A stretch of DNA of 64,000 nt from NCBI GenBank assembly GCA_021821195.1, contig JAKACT010000007.1, forward strand, positions 11,442 through 75,441. The letters run 5' to 3'. The position numbers were made by a program, and so were the translations under genes. Numbering within the stretch: position 1 is the first letter of the stretch; the number at the start of each line of letters is the position of its first letter. The notes under the pieces were generated by a model. That model was given only the letters and a program-made list of their open reading frames with translations, did not search any database and was not told the origin of the DNA. The stretch is from Pseudomonadota bacterium (lineage in GTDB: Bacteria > Pseudomonadota > Gammaproteobacteria > Xanthomonadales > Xanthomonadaceae). Positions 38,826-50,416 of this stretch are shown in pieces.

Positions 38826-41800
38826 ATGATCGTCCTCGAGGGCGCGCCCGCCCTGTCGCCGTTCCGCCGCGACCGCCTGCAAGCCCGTCTCCAGACCCTC
38901 GTCCCCGGCCTGCGCATCGCCGGCGCCTGGCACGGTTACTGGATCGATCCCGAACCCGGGGCCACGCCCGATGCCGCCGCGCTGCGCCGGATCCTGCAGG
39001 CCGGGGAAGGCTTCGTCGCCGCCGAGGCCGGTGCCGTCAGCCGCTATGTGGTGCCGCGGCTGGGCACGCTGTCGCCATGGGCCAGCAAGGCCACGGAACT
39101 GCTGCGCGGCGCCGGCCTGCCGGTACGGCGCGTTGAGCGCGGCCTGCGCCTCGACCTGGCCGGCTGGCCGGAGGATGCCGCCACGCAGGCGGCACTGGCC
39201 AAGCTGCTGCACGACCCGATGACCCAATCGCTGCTCGCGGAGCGCGACGCCGGCGCGGCGTTGTTCGCGGCCCAGCCTGCGGGCGATGTCGAGGTCATCC
39301 CGCTGGCCCAGCTGGAGGCTGCGAACGCGCGCCTCGGCCTGGCGCTGGCCGACGACGAGATCGAGTACCTGCGCGCGCGCTATGCCGAACTGGGCCGCGA
39401 CCCGCACGACGTCGAACTGATGATGTTCGCGCAGGCCAACTCGGAGCACTGCCGGCACAAGATCTTCAATGCCAGCTGGACCATCGACGGGCAGCCGCAG
39501 CCGGTCTCGCTGTTCAAGATGATCAAGAACACCCAGGCGCGCACGCCGGAGCACGTGCTGTCGGCCTACAGCGACAACGCCGCGGTGGTGGAAGGCTATG
39601 CCGCGTCGCGTTGGCGGCCGGATCCGGACACCCAGCGTTACCGCAGCGAGCCGGTCACCAACTCGGCGTTCTGCATCAAGGTGGAAACCCACAACCACCC
39701 GACCGCGATCGCGCCGTTCCCCGGCGCCTCCACCGGCGCCGGCGGCGAGATCCGCGACGAGGGTGCCACCGGCCGCGGTGGCCGACCGAAGGCCGGCCTG
39801 TGCGGTTTCTCGGTCTCGCACCTGCGCATCCCCACGCTGCCGCAGCCGTGGGAAGGCCAGCGCGCGCTCAACCCGCGCATGGCCTCGGCCTTCGAGATCA
39901 TGCTCGACGGCCCGCTGGGTGCGGCGGCGTTCAACAACGAATTCGGCCGGCCCAACCTGACCGGCTACTTCCGCAGCTTCGAGCTGCCGGAGGGCGAGGG
40001 CCTCACCCGCGCCTACGACAAGCCGATCATGCTGGCCGGCGGCCTTGGCGCCATCGATCGCGGCCAGGTCGACAAGCTGCCGCTGTCGCCCGGCGATGCG
40101 GTGATCGTGCTCGGTGGTCCGGCGATGCTGATCGGCCTCGGCGGCGGCGCCGCCAGTTCGGTGGCCTCCGGTGAATCCGCCGAAGACCTCGACTTCGCCT
40201 CGGTGCAGCGCGACAACCCGGAGATGGAGCGGCGTGCGCAGGAGGTCATCGACCGCTGCGTCGCGCGGGGCGCCGACAACCCGATCCTGTGCATCCACGA
40301 CGTCGGCGCGGGCGGCCTGTCCAACGCCATCCCGGAGATCCTGCACGACTTCGGGGTGGGCGGCGTGATCGACCTCGGCAAGGTGCCGAAGGACGACCCC
40401 TCGCTGTCGCCGATGCAGCTGTGGTGCAACGAATCGCAAGAACGCTACGTGCTGGGCGTGGCCCAGTCGCGCGTGGCCGAGTTCGCGGCGTTGTGCGCGC
40501 GCGAGCGCTGCCCGTTTGCGGTGGTCGGCGTCGCCACCGCCGAGGAACACCTGCGGGTGGGCTATGAAGGCCAGCCGCCGGCGATCGACCTGCCGATGGA
40601 CGTGTTGTTCGGCAAGGCGCCGAAGATGCACCGCGACACCGCGCACCCGGCGCCGCCGCGCTGGCCGCAGGCCGACACCGACGCGCTGGACCTGCGCGAA
40701 GCCGGCCTGCGCGTGCTGGCGCATCCGGCGGTGGCGGCCAAGTCCTTCCTCATCACGATTGGTGATCGCACCGTCGGCGGCCTGACCGCGCGCGACCAGA
40801 TGGTGGGCCCGTGGCAGATGCCGGTGGCCGACTGCGCGATCACGCTCTCCGGCTTCGACGGGTTCACCGGCGAAGCGATGAGCGTGGGCGAACGCACCCC
40901 GCTGGCGCTGCTGGATGCCGCCGCCTCCGCGCGGATGGCGGTGGGCGAGGCGATCACCAACCTGATGGCGGCGCCGCTGGAATCGCTCAACCGGATCAAG
41001 CTATCGGCCAACTGGATGGCTGCGGCCGGCCATGCCGGCGAGGACGCGCGGCTGTTCGACGCGGTGAAAGCCGTGGGCATGGAGCTGTGCCCGGAGCTGG
41101 AACTCGGCATCCCGGTCGGCAAGGATTCGCTGTCGATGCAGGCGCAGTACCAGGCCGACGGCCAAGCGCACAAGTCGGTGTCGCCGGTGTCGCTGGTGGT
41201 GTCGGCGTTCGCGCCGGTGCTGGACGTGCGCGCCCAGCTGACCCCGCTGCTGCGTCGCGACGTCGACTCCGAGCTGTGGCTGATCGGCCTGGGCGGCGGG
41301 CGCCAGCGCATGGGCGGCTCGGTGCTGGCGCAATGCCATCCCGAAGCGAACGGCGGCGCCGCGCTGCCGGCGTTCGGCGGCGAAGCGCCGGACCTCGACG
41401 ATCCGCAGCGCCTGCGTGCGCTGTTCGGGCTGGTGCGCGACGCGCGCGAGGACGGCCTGCTGCTGGCCTACCACGACCGTTCCGACGGCGGCGTGTTCGC
41501 CGCGCTGTGCGAGATGGCGTTCGCCTCGCACCTCGGCCTCGACATCCGCCTCGACGGCTGGGGCGACGGCCGCACCGGCGATCCGCTGCGGGTGCTGTTC
41601 AACGAGGAGCTGGGTGCGGTGGTGCAGGTGCCGGTCGAGGAGCGCGCCGCGTTCGCCGACCTGGTCGCCCGCCACGGCCTGATCGAATGCGCGCAGCGCA
41701 TCGCGGTGCCCACCACCGCGCCGGTGGTGCGGATTGCCGACGGCGACGACGAGCTGGCGAAGTGGCGCTGGGATGAACTGTTCGACGCCTGGTGGTCGGT

Positions 41801-42710
41801 CACCCACGCGATGCAGAAGCTGCGCGACAACCCCGACGGCGCCGACAGCGAGCGCGAGTCCGCGCGCCGCTTCGACGCGCCGGGCCTGCAGCCGTTGCTG
41901 ACCTTCGATGCCGCCGAGGATGTGGCAAGTCCATTCATTTCGACCGGTGCGCGGCCGAAGGTCGCGATCCTGCGCGAACAGGGCGTCAACAGCCAGATCG
42001 AGATGGCCTGGGGCTTCGATCGCGCCGGCTTCGATACCTTCGACGTGCACATGAGCGACCTGGTCGCCGGCCGCTTCGACCTCAAGGACTTCCACGGCCT
42101 CGCCGCCTGCGGCGGCTTCAGCTACGGCGACGTGCTGGGCGCGGGTCGCGGCTGGGCGACGTCGATCCTCGAGCGCACCGCGCTGCGCGAGATGTTCGCC
42201 GCCTTCTTCGCCCGCGCGGACAGCTTCTCGCTGGGCATCTGCAACGGCTGCCAGATGATGGCGCAGCTGCGCGACATCATCCCCGGCGCCGAGCACTGGC
42301 CGACCTTCCAGCGCAACGCAAGCGAGCAGTACGAAGCGCGGCTGGCGCTGCTGGAAGTGGGCGAGTCGCCCTCTTTGTTCCTGCGCGGCATGGCCGGTTC
42401 ACGGATCCCGGTGGCGGTTGCGCACGGCGAGGGCCGTGCGGTGTTCGCCAACGTGATCGACCAGGGCGCGGTGGACGTGGCCGCGCGCTACGTCGAGGGT
42501 GGCCGCGTGGCCGACAGCTACCCGGCCAACCCGAACGGCTCGCCAGACGGCATCGCCGGCGTGGCCAGCCGCGACGGCCGCGCCACCCTGCTGATGCCGC
42601 ACCCCGAGCGCACCCTGCGCAGCGCCAACTTCAGCTGGGCGCCCGCCGACTGGCCGGAGGATTCGCCGTGGCAGCGGATGTTCCGCAACGCGCGGGTGTG
42701 GGTGGGGTGA
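38826..42710 (+). CDS. purL: Phosphoribosylformylglycinamidine synthase (large type)
   Basis: [48 protein letters not shown]. Confidence 0.99.
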   Translation: MIVLEGAPALSPFRRDRLQARLQTLVPGLRIAGAWHGYWIDPEPGATPDAAALRRILQAGEGFVAAEAGAVSRYVVPRLGTLSPWASKATELLRGAGLPVRRVERGLRLDLAGWPEDAATQAALAKLLHDPMTQSLLAERDAGAALFAAQPAGDVEVIPLAQLEAANARLGLALADDEIEYLRARYAELGRDPHDVELMMFAQANSEHCRHKIFNASWTIDGQPQPVSLFKMIKNTQARTPEHVLSAYSDNAAVVEGYAASRWRPDPDTQRYRSEPVTNSAFCIKVETHNHPTAIAPFPGASTGAGGEIRDEGATGRGGRPKAGLCGFSVSHLRIPTLPQPWEGQRALNPRMASAFEIMLDGPLGAAAFNNEFGRPNLTGYFRSFELPEGEGLTRAYDKPIMLAGGLGAIDRGQVDKLPLSPGDAVIVLGGPAMLIGLGGGAASSVASGESAEDLDFASVQRDNPEMERRAQEVIDRCVARGADNPILCIHDVGAGGLSNAIPEILHDFGVGGVIDLGKVPKDDPSLSPMQLWCNESQERYVLGVAQSRVAEFAALCARERCPFAVVGVATAEEHLRVGYEGQPPAIDLPMDVLFGKAPKMHRDTAHPAPPRWPQADTDALDLREAGLRVLAHPAVAAKSFLITIGDRTVGGLTARDQMVGPWQMPVADCAITLSGFDGFTGEAMSVGERTPLALLDAAASARMAVGEAITNLMAAPLESLNRIKLSANWMAAAGHAGEDARLFDAVKAVGMELCPELELGIPVGKDSLSMQAQYQADGQAHKSVSPVSLVVSAFAPVLDVRAQLTPLLRRDVDSELWLIGLGGGRQRMGGSVLAQCHPEANGGAALPAFGGEAPDLDDPQRLRALFGLVRDAREDGLLLAYHDRSDGGVFAALCEMAFASHLGLDIRLDGWGDGRTGDPLRVLFNEELGAVVQVPVEERAAFADLVARHGLIECAQRIAVPTTAPVVRIADGDDELAKWRWDELFDAWWSVTHAMQKLRDNPDGADSERESARRFDAPGLQPLLTFDAAEDVASPFISTGARPKVAILREQGVNSQIEMAWGFDRAGFDTFDVHMSDLVAGRFDLKDFHGLAACGGFSYGDVLGAGRGWATSILERTALREMFAAFFARADSFSLGICNGCQMMAQLRDIIPGAEHWPTFQRNASEQYEARLALLEVGESPSLFLRGMAGSRIPVAVAHGEGRAVFANVIDQGAVDVAARYVEGGRVADSYPANPNGSPDGIAGVASRDGRATLLMPHPERTLRSANFSWAPADWPEDSPWQRMFRNARVWVG

Positions 42711-42905
42711 GCGGGGCTTTCGAGCGGCGCTAGCCGCGAGCCCGCGAACGCCCGACGGCATGCAGGCCGTCGGGCCGGGTTGATCGAGCAATGCCGGTGG
42801 GGGAACCCATTGAACGCCCGGTGGCCTGCAAGCCACCGGGCGCTGTCGTTTCGGCGCCGGCCCGCGGCCTGCTAAAGTCCGCGACGGACCGTTGGAGTGC
42901 CGTGC

Positions 42906-44621
42906 GTGAACGCAGTTGCAAGTCAGCTCGAGCCGCTGCAGGCGGATGCGGATGAACGCATCGTCACCCTGCTGTTGCAACGCGGCAAGCTGAAGGAGCC
43001 GGACCTGGCGCGCGCGCGGCGGCTGCACGGGGAGGACGGCGGCAGCCTGCTGCACCTGCTGGCGCGGCTGGGACTGGTGTCCGAGCGCGACCACGCCGAG
43101 GCCTGCGCGGCCGCGTTGGACCTGCCGCTGCGCAGCGGCAAGGACGTGCCGGAACTGCCGCCCGAAGAGGTGGCGCTGGGCATCAAGTTCATGCAGCAGT
43201 TCCACGTGGTGCCGGTGGCGGCGGACGCGACCGGCGTCGACGTGTTGCTGGCCGATCCCCAGGACGCCTACGTGCTGGACGCGGTGCGGCTGGCGGCTGG
43301 GCGCGCGGTGCGCGCGGCGGTGGCGGTGCGTTCGGAGATCGACGAGCTGATCGAGCGCTGGCACGGGCAGGGCCGCAGCGCGATGGAAGGCATCGTCGAG
43401 GGGGCGGAAGGCGAGGCCGGGCCCGACGACGTCGAGCACCTGCGCGACCTCGCCTCGGAAGCGCCGGTGATCCGGCTGGTCAACCTGTTGATCCAGCGTG
43501 CGGTCGAAGTGCGCGCCTCCGACATCCACGTCGAACCGTTCGAGAACCGGCTGAAGGTGCGCTACCGCATCGACGGCGTGCTGGAGGAGGGCGAAAGCCC
43601 GCCGACCAACCTGACCGCCGCGATCATCAGCCGCATCAAGATCATGGCCAAGCTCAACATCGCGGAACGGCGCCTGCCGCAGGACGGCCGCATCGTGATG
43701 CGCGTGCAGGGTAAGGAGCTGGACCTGCGCGTGAGCACGGTGCCCACCGCGCACGGCGAATCGGTGGTGATGCGCCTGCTCGACCGCGAGACCGTGGTGC
43801 TGGATTTCGAGCGCCTGGGTTTCGGCACCGCCTTCATGCCGCGCTTCCAGAAGGTGCTGGAGCAGCCGCACGGCATCCTGCTGGTGACCGGCCCGACCGG
43901 CTCCGGCAAGACCACCACGCTCTACACCGCGCTGAGCAGGCTCAACACGCCGAAGGTCAAGATCATCACCGTCGAAGACCCGGTGGAGTACCAGATCGAG
44001 GGCATCAACCAGATCCAGGCCAAGCCGGCGATCGGGCTGGATTTCGCCAGCGCGCTGCGCAGCATCGTGCGCCAGGATCCGGACATCATCATGATCGGCG
44101 AAATGCGCGACCTGGAAACCGCGCGCATCGCGATCCAGTCCGCGCTCACCGGCCACCTGGTGCTGAGCACGCTGCACACCAACAACGCCGCCGGCGGCAT
44201 CACCCGCCTGCTGGACATGGGGGTGGAAGACTACCTGCTCACCTCCACCGTCAACGGCATTGTGGCCCAGCGGCTGGTGCGCCGGCTGGAGCCGGTGCAC
44301 GCGCAGAAGTACCTGGCCTCGCCGGAGGAAATCGAGAAGTTCGGCCTGCGCCGCTTCCAGCCGCAGGGCGAGATCTTCCTGTACCGCGCGGTGCCGTCCG
44401 CGCTGTCGGCCACCGGCTACCTCGGCCGCACCACCATCATGGAACTGCTGGTGATGGACGACGCGGTGCGCCGCGCGGTGATGCGCCACGCCGGCATGGA
44501 CGAGATCGAGAAGCTCGCGCGCGAGGCCGGCATGGCGACGATGCATGAGGTCGGCATCGCCAAGGCGCTGCGCGGCGAGACCACCATCGAGGAAATCCTG
44601 CGCGTGACGGAAGACGCGTGA
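42906..44621 (+). CDS. gspE: Type II secretion ATPase GspE/XpsE
   Basis: RASDIHVEP, GPTGSGKTTT, TVEDPVEY, RQDPDIIMIGEMRD, LTGHLVLSTLH. Confidence 0.97.
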   Translation: MNAVASQLEPLQADADERIVTLLLQRGKLKEPDLARARRLHGEDGGSLLHLLARLGLVSERDHAEACAAALDLPLRSGKDVPELPPEEVALGIKFMQQFHVVPVAADATGVDVLLADPQDAYVLDAVRLAAGRAVRAAVAVRSEIDELIERWHGQGRSAMEGIVEGAEGEAGPDDVEHLRDLASEAPVIRLVNLLIQRAVEVRASDIHVEPFENRLKVRYRIDGVLEEGESPPTNLTAAIISRIKIMAKLNIAERRLPQDGRIVMRVQGKELDLRVSTVPTAHGESVVMRLLDRETVVLDFERLGFGTAFMPRFQKVLEQPHGILLVTGPTGSGKTTTLYTALSRLNTPKVKIITVEDPVEYQIEGINQIQAKPAIGLDFASALRSIVRQDPDIIMIGEMRDLETARIAIQSALTGHLVLSTLHTNNAAGGITRLLDMGVEDYLLTSTVNGIVAQRLVRRLEPVHAQKYLASPEEIEKFGLRRFQPQGEIFLYRAVPSALSATGYLGRTTIMELLVMDDAVRRAVMRHAGMDEIEKLAREAGMATMHEVGIAKALRGETTIEEILRVTEDA

Positions 44622-44622
44622 G

Positions 44623-45840
44623 ATGGCGCTGTACCGCTACAAGGCGCTGAACGCGCGCGGCGAGCTGCTGGACGGGCAGATGGAAGCCGCCGGCGAGGCC
44701 GAGGTGGCGGCGCGCCTGCAGGAGCAGGGCCATCTGCCGGTGGAGGCGAAGCCCGCCGCGCAAGCGGGCGGCGAAGCGCCGTGGCGGGTACTGCTCAAGC
44801 CCAGGCCGTTCGCCGGCGCGCGGCTGGTGCAGTTCACCCAGCAACTGGCCACCCTGCTGGGGGCCGGGCAGCCGCTGGACCGGGCGCTGGGCATCCTGCT
44901 GGAACTGCCGGAAGACGAGGCGGCGCGGCGCATCGTGGAGGACATCCGCGAGGCGGTGCGCGGCGGCGCCTCGCTGTCCACGGCGCTGGAGCGCCAGCAC
45001 GGCGCGTTCGGCCGGCTGTACGTGAACATGGTGCGCGCGGGTGAAGCGGGCGGCAGCCTGCACGAGACGCTGCAGCGGCTGGCCGACTACCTGGAGCGTT
45101 CGCGCGCGCTGCGCACCCGGGTGGTCAACGCGATGGTGTACCCGGCGATCCTGCTGGCGATGGTCGGGCTGTCGCTGCTGTTCCTGCTGGGCTACGTGGT
45201 GCCGCAGTTCGCCGGCATGTACGAGAGCCTGGACGCGCAGCTGCCGTGGTTCTCGCGGCTGGTGCTGGGCGTGGGCGTGTTCGTGCGCGACTGGTGGATC
45301 GCGATCCTGGCGGTGCCGCTGTTGCTGGTGCTGTGGCTGGAGCGCCTGCGCCGCGACCCCGCGGTGATGCGCCGCTTCGACGGCTGGCTGCTGCAGCGCA
45401 GGCTGGCCGGGCCGCTGGTGGCGAAGCTCGAGACCGCGCGTCTGGCGCGCACGCTGGGCACGCTGCTGCGCAACGGCGTGCCGCTGCTGTCGGCGCTGGG
45501 CATCGCCCGCAACGTGCTGGACAACCGCGTGCTCGCCGACGACGTGGCCGCGGCCGCCGAGGAAGTGAAGAACGGCATCGGCCTGTCCGTCGCGCTGGCC
45601 AAGGGCAAGCGGCTGCCGCGGCTGGCGCTGCAGATGATCCAGGTGGGCGAGGAATCCGGCGCGCTGGATGCCATGCTGCTGAAGACCGCGGATACCTTCG
45701 ACCAGGAAACGCAGGCGGCGATGGACCGGCTGCTGGCCGCGCTGGTGCCGGTGGTCACGCTGGTGCTGGCGGCGGTGGTGGGCGTGGTGATCCTGTCGGT
45801 GCTGGCGCCGATCTACGACCTGACCAACGTGGTGGGATGA
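44623..45840 (+). CDS. gspF: Type II secretion inner-membrane platform GspF/XpsF
   Basis: YRYKAL, QLATLLGAG, GEAGGSL, YPAILL, GEESGALD. Confidence 0.96.
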   Translation: MALYRYKALNARGELLDGQMEAAGEAEVAARLQEQGHLPVEAKPAAQAGGEAPWRVLLKPRPFAGARLVQFTQQLATLLGAGQPLDRALGILLELPEDEAARRIVEDIREAVRGGASLSTALERQHGAFGRLYVNMVRAGEAGGSLHETLQRLADYLERSRALRTRVVNAMVYPAILLAMVGLSLLFLLGYVVPQFAGMYESLDAQLPWFSRLVLGVGVFVRDWWIAILAVPLLLVLWLERLRRDPAVMRRFDGWLLQRRLAGPLVAKLETARLARTLGTLLRNGVPLLSALGIARNVLDNRVLADDVAAAAEEVKNGIGLSVALAKGKRLPRLALQMIQVGEESGALDAMLLKTADTFDQETQAAMDRLLAALVPVVTLVLAAVVGVVILSVLAPIYDLTNVVG

Positions 45841-45894
45841 GTGCGCCCGCCATCCTTCCCAGATTCGAACTCCAACCCAAGCCGGGGCAGTGCA

Positions 45895-46323
45895 ATGCGT
45901 GAACGTCGCAATTTCCGTCCGATCCCCAGGGCCGCGCAGGGCGGCTTCTCGCTGATCGAGATCATCGTGGTGGTGGTGTTGATCGGCGGCATCGTCGCCT
46001 TCGCCGCCTCGCGCATCCTGGGTGGCGGCGACCGCGCCAAGGTCAAGCTGGCGCAGGCGCAGCTGCAGACGCTAGCCGAGAAGGTGCAGCAGTTCCAGAT
46101 GGATACCGGTGCACTGCCGCCGACCCTCGACGCGCTGGTCACTTCGCCCGGCGCCGCCGGCTGGCTGGGGCCCTACGCCAAGCCGGTCGACCTGAAGGAT
46201 CCGTGGATGCGTCCGGTGCAGTACAAGCTGCCGGGCGAAGGGCGCGCGTTCGACCTGGTCAGCCTGGGCGCGGACGGCCAGCCCGGCGGCGACAGCGTGA
46301 ACGCCGACATCCGTTACGAATAA
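45895..46323 (+). CDS. gspG: Major pseudopilin GspG/XpsG
   Basis: G|FSLIE cleavage motif, WLGPY, DPW, SLGADGQPGG. Confidence 0.96.
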   Translation: MRERRNFRPIPRAAQGGFSLIEIIVVVVLIGGIVAFAASRILGGGDRAKVKLAQAQLQTLAEKVQQFQMDTGALPPTLDALVTSPGAAGWLGPYAKPVDLKDPWMRPVQYKLPGEGRAFDLVSLGADGQPGGDSVNADIRYE

Positions 46324-46348
46324 GCCGGACTGCGGGCGGAACAGGACC

Positions 46349-46801
46349 GTGCGCGGCCGGTCGGCGGGTTTCACCCTGCTGGAGATGCTGGTGGTGCTGG
46401 CGATCATCGCCGCCGCCAGCCTCCTGGCCATGGCCGCGTTCGGCAACGGCCTGCGCGGCGCGCGCCTGCATTCGGCGGCGAAAGAGGTGGCCGCGCAATT
46501 GCGCTTCACCCGCGCGCTGGCGATCGCCAGCGGCGTGCCGCAGGAGTTCGTGATCGATCCGGCAGCACGCGCCTGGCGCGCGCCGAAAGGCCGCCACGGC
46601 CGCCTGCCCGATACCGGCGAACTGGTGTTCACCGGCGCGCGCAACCTGCAAGGGGCGGGCGAAGGCGCGGTGCGCTTCTTCCCCGACGGCGCCGCCACCG
46701 GGGGGCGGGTGCGGCTGGCGGCCAACGGCGGCGGCTGGGACGTCGACGTGGCCTGGCTGACCGGCGAGGTGCAGGTGCGGCGGATCGGGGCGACGCGATG
46801 A
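46349..46801 (+). CDS. gspH: Minor pseudopilin GspH/XpsH
   Basis: G|FTLLEMLVVL; FFPDGAATGG; operon position. Confidence 0.9.
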   Translation: MRGRSAGFTLLEMLVVLAIIAAASLLAMAAFGNGLRGARLHSAAKEVAAQLRFTRALAIASGVPQEFVIDPAARAWRAPKGRHGRLPDTGELVFTGARNLQGAGEGAVRFFPDGAATGGRVRLAANGGGWDVDVAWLTGEVQVRRIGATR

Positions 46802-47250
46802 GCGCGCAGCGGCGCAACGGCGCCCGCCCGCCTGCCCTGCCGCGGCAGCGCGGCTTCACCCTGATAGAAATCGTGGTCGCGTTCGCGCTGCTGGCGCTGG
46901 GCCTGACCCTGCTGCTGGGTACGCTGTCCGGCGCCAGCCGCCAGCTGCGCCAAGCCGGCGATGCCGGGCAGGCGGCGCTGCATGCGCAGTCGCTGCTGGC
47001 CGAGCGCAGCGACGCGCTGCTGCAGCCGGGGCAACGCACTGGCACGTTCGAGGAAGGACGCTATCGCTGGCAGCTGGCGGTGAGGCCATGGCAGGACCCG
47101 CAGGCGCGCGGCGCGCCGGCCGATCCGTTCGGCGCGCGCCTGTTGCACCTGCGGCTGGACGTGCGTTGGGGCGACGGCGGGCCACAGCAGCAGCTGCAGG
47201 TGGACTCGCTGCGGCTGGTGCTGCCGCCGGCAGGGGGCATGCGCCCATGA
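46798..47250 (+). CDS. gspI: Minor pseudopilin GspI/XpsI
   Basis: G|FTLIEIVVAF; operon position. Confidence 0.9.
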   Translation: MSAQRRNGARPPALPRQRGFTLIEIVVAFALLALGLTLLLGTLSGASRQLRQAGDAGQAALHAQSLLAERSDALLQPGQRTGTFEEGRYRWQLAVRPWQDPQARGAPADPFGARLLHLRLDVRWGDGGPQQQLQVDSLRLVLPPAGGMRP

Positions 47251-47873
47251 GGCGGCAAGCGGCCGGCTTCACCCTGATGGAAGTGCTGCTGGCCACCTCG
47301 TTGCTGGCGGCGGCGCTGGCGCTGGGATTCGGCATCCTGCGCGCGGCCGGCGCCACGGTGGCGCGCGGCGAAGCAATGGCGGAGCGCAACGAGCGCATCC
47401 GCGCGGTCTCCCAGTTCCTGCGGCAGCGGATCGGCGGCGCCCAGGCCATCGCCTTTGGGTTCGATGCCGGCAGCGGCCAGGCCCTGCGCTTCGCCGGCGA
47501 TGCACGTTCGATGCGTTTCGTCGCCGAGCAGCCCGCCTATCTGGGCCGGGGCGGGCCGCAACTGCATGCGCTGCAGGTGCGCGCTGCCGGCCAGGCGCAG
47601 CGGTTGGAGGTCGATTTCCGGCTGCTTCGCGCAGGCGCTGCGCTGCCGGCATCACGGCCGCAGGAACCGCTGGCTGACGGGCTGGCCGATGTCGAATTCG
47701 CCTACCGCGCGCTGGCTGCCGACGGTCGGGTGGGTCCGTGGGAGCGCGTCTGGGCCACGCCGCAGGCGCTGCCGATGCAGGTGCGTGTGCGCATCCGCGA
47801 TGCCCGCGGCGCCTGGCCCGACATGGTGGTGGCGCTGCCGCTGGCAGGCGCCGGCATGGACGGGCAGCGATGA
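47247..47873 (+). CDS. gspJ: Minor pseudopilin GspJ/XpsJ
   Basis: G|FTLMEVLLA; operon position. Confidence 0.9.
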   Translation: MRRQAAGFTLMEVLLATSLLAAALALGFGILRAAGATVARGEAMAERNERIRAVSQFLRQRIGGAQAIAFGFDAGSGQALRFAGDARSMRFVAEQPAYLGRGGPQLHALQVRAAGQAQRLEVDFRLLRAGAALPASRPQEPLADGLADVEFAYRALAADGRVGPWERVWATPQALPMQVRVRIRDARGAWPDMVVALPLAGAGMDGQR

Positions 47874-48691
47874 GGGCGGCGCGCGGCGCGGCGCTGCTGC
47901 TGGTGCTGTGGCTGGTGCTGCTGCTCAGCGGGCTGGTGGCCGGCTACGCGCTGTCGGCGCGGGTGGAGTCGCTGCAGGGCAACGGCGCGGCGCGCGCGCT
48001 GGTAGCGCGGGAAGCCGCGCGCGCCGGGATCGAATACGCCGCGGCGCGCTTGCTCGATCCGGACCCGGCGCGGCGCTGGGCGGCGGACGGGCGCGAGTAC
48101 CTATTCGACTTCGACGGCATTCCGGTGCAGGTGAGCGTGCGCGACGAGGCCGCCAGGATCGACCTGAACGCCGCGTCGTTCGAACTGCTGCAGGCCTTCT
48201 TCGAAGCGCTGGGCGAGCCGCGCGCCGTGGCGACCAGGCTTGCTGCCGCGGTGATCGACTGGCGCGATGCCGACAGCCTCGGCCAGCCTGCCGGCGGCGC
48301 CGAGGACGCCGATTACGCCGCGGCGGGTCTGCTCGGCGGGGCCAAGGACGCACCCTTCGACACGGTGTCCGAGCTGGCGCAGGTGCTGGGCATGCGCCCG
48401 GCGCTGCAGGCCGCCGCGGCGCCGCACCTGACCGTGCACGGCGGCCATGCGCTGCCCGATGCCGGGCTGGCCGATGCGGTGGTGCGCAAGGCGCTGGGGC
48501 TGCCTGCGCAGGCCGCGCCGGTGGATCCGGCCGCGCCCCCGGCGCCGGGCAGCGGCACGTATAGTATTGAGAGCCGCGCCCGGCTTGCCGATGGGCGCAG
48601 TGCGCGATGGTCGGTGGTCTTGCGGATGGGGAGCAGCGGTTTGCCGGGTTCGACGTACACGACACTGCATTGGGCCGCGGGGGAACCGTGA
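47870..48691 (+). CDS. gspK: Minor pseudopilin GspK/XpsK
   Basis: RG|AALLLVLW, DEAARIDLN, AAVIDWRDAD, FDTVSELAQVLG. Confidence 0.92.
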   Translation: MRAARGAALLLVLWLVLLLSGLVAGYALSARVESLQGNGAARALVAREAARAGIEYAAARLLDPDPARRWAADGREYLFDFDGIPVQVSVRDEAARIDLNAASFELLQAFFEALGEPRAVATRLAAAVIDWRDADSLGQPAGGAEDADYAAAGLLGGAKDAPFDTVSELAQVLGMRPALQAAAAPHLTVHGGHALPDAGLADAVVRKALGLPAQAAPVDPAAPPAPGSGTYSIESRARLADGRSARWSVVLRMGSSGLPGSTYTTLHWAAGEP

Positions 48692-48692
48692 A

Positions 48693-49817
48693 ATGAGCGC
48701 CGCCACCTTGCGCTGGCCGTGGCCCGGTTCGGGCCTGCGCGGCTTCCTGTCGTGGTGGCGGGCCGGCCTGTTGGCCTGGCTGCCGGTGCGCCTGCGACGG
48801 GCGCTGGCTGCGGGCAACGACCGCCTGCTGCTGAGCCCGGACGCGGGCGGGCTGCGCCTGGACCTGCAGCAGGCCGGCGAATTGCACCGGCTTGCCTCGC
48901 TGTCGCTGCCGCTGGCCGCGGCGGCGGATCCGCTGGCCGACTTGCTGCGCGAGCGCGCCATCGGCATGCCGCGCTGGCTGCTGCTGTCGGCGGCCTGTGG
49001 CCTGCGTCGCGGCCTGCTGCTGCCGGGTGCTGCGCGGGATCGGCTGCGCGACGTGCTGGCGTTCGAGATCGAGCGGCAGACCCCGTTCGCTGCCGCCGAC
49101 GTGCTGTTCGACGGCCGCATCCTGGCGCTGCGCGACGACGGCCAGCTGCAGGTCGAACTGGTGGTGGTGCCGCGCCCGCAACTGGCCGCGGCGACCGCCG
49201 GACTGGGCGGGCAGGCGGAGCGTCTGGCCGGCGTGGAGCTTGCCGATGCCGTTGGCCGGCCGCTCGGCGTCAACCTGCTGCCTCCCGGGCAGCGGCATGT
49301 GCTGCGCGATCCATGGCGGCGCTGGAACGGCTTGCTGGCGTTGGCCGCGCTGCTGGCAATGGTGCTGGGCATGGGCCAGCTCCTCGACAACCGCCGGGCC
49401 GCGGCGGATACGCTGCAAAAGGAAATGGCCGGTCGCGAAGCCGGCGCGCGCGCGCTGTCCGCGCAGCGCCAGCAGCTGCTGGACGGGCGCGAAGGCGCCG
49501 CCTACCTGCGCGCGCAACGCGCGGCGCGGCCGTCGTCGGTGGAGCTGCTGGATGCGCTGGCGCAGCGGTTGCCCGAGGGCACCTGGCTGGAAAAGGTGTC
49601 GGTCGAAGGTGACCAGCTGACCCTCATCGGACTCTCCAACCAGGCCGCCGCCCTGGTCGGGAAACTGGAAGGCGCGCCGCAGTGGAGCGCGCCGGCCCTG
49701 AGCGGTGCCCTGCAGCAGGATCCGCGGCTGCGGGTGGACCGCTTCACCCTGGTGGCGAAGCTGGCAACCACTGCCTCGCCAACGGCGGCGGACACGGCGG
49801 CCGGAGGCAGGCAGTGA
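48693..49817 (+). CDS. gspL: Type II secretion GspL/XpsL (PilN-like C-terminal domain)
   Basis: FLSWWRAGL, EIERQTPF, VNLLP, single TM; operon position. Confidence 0.88.
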   Translation: MSAATLRWPWPGSGLRGFLSWWRAGLLAWLPVRLRRALAAGNDRLLLSPDAGGLRLDLQQAGELHRLASLSLPLAAAADPLADLLRERAIGMPRWLLLSAACGLRRGLLLPGAARDRLRDVLAFEIERQTPFAAADVLFDGRILALRDDGQLQVELVVVPRPQLAAATAGLGGQAERLAGVELADAVGRPLGVNLLPPGQRHVLRDPWRRWNGLLALAALLAMVLGMGQLLDNRRAAADTLQKEMAGREAGARALSAQRQQLLDGREGAAYLRAQRAARPSSVELLDALAQRLPEGTWLEKVSVEGDQLTLIGLSNQAAALVGKLEGAPQWSAPALSGALQQDPRLRVDRFTLVAKLATTASPTAADTAAGGRQ

Positions 49818-50416
49818 TCCGCGCCGACCGCGACCGCTGGCTGGCGCTGGCGCTGCTGCTGGCGGTGCTGGGGCTGGTCTACCTGGCGCTGGTGCATCCG
49901 TTGTTCACGGTGCCGATGCGCGCCGCCGATGCCCGCATCGCCGAGTTGCGCGAGCGCGACGCGCGCCTGCGCGGCCTGCTGGCGCAGCGGCCGCAGATCG
50001 AGCGCGCGCTGGCGAGCCCGGATGCGCAGGACGGCGGTTCCGGCTTCCTCGCCGAACCCACCGCGGAGCTGGCCGCGGCCGCGCTCATCCAGCATCTGGA
50101 GCGGGTGGTGGCGGATGCAAGTCCAGGCGGGCGCGGCTGCGCCATCGTCAACCGCACCCCGCTGGGCGACGACGTCGGCGGCGGCCGCTACCGCCGGGTC
50201 ACCGTGCAGGTGCGGCTGCGCTGCGGCAACGCCGAGACGCTGGCGGTGCTGCACGCGCTGGAGTCGGCGCGGCCGTGGCTGTTCGTGGACGCGCTGGGGA
50301 TCACCGCGCAGCGGTATTTCGCCGTCCCCGGCGCAGCGCAGCCGCAGGAAGGCGGGCTGGACGTCGGCTTCAACCTGTACGGCTACCTGCGTCCGGCCGC
50401 GGGCGGGCGCCCATGA
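49814..50416 (+). CDS. gspM: Type II secretion GspM/XpsM
   Basis: N-terminal TM, VRLRC, LHALES..PWLFVD; operon position. Confidence 0.87.
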   Translation: MIRADRDRWLALALLLAVLGLVYLALVHPLFTVPMRAADARIAELRERDARLRGLLAQRPQIERALASPDAQDGGSGFLAEPTAELAAAALIQHLERVVADASPGGRGCAIVNRTPLGDDVGGGRYRRVTVQVRLRCGNAETLAVLHALESARPWLFVDALGITAQRYFAVPGAAQPQEGGLDVGFNLYGYLRPAAGGRP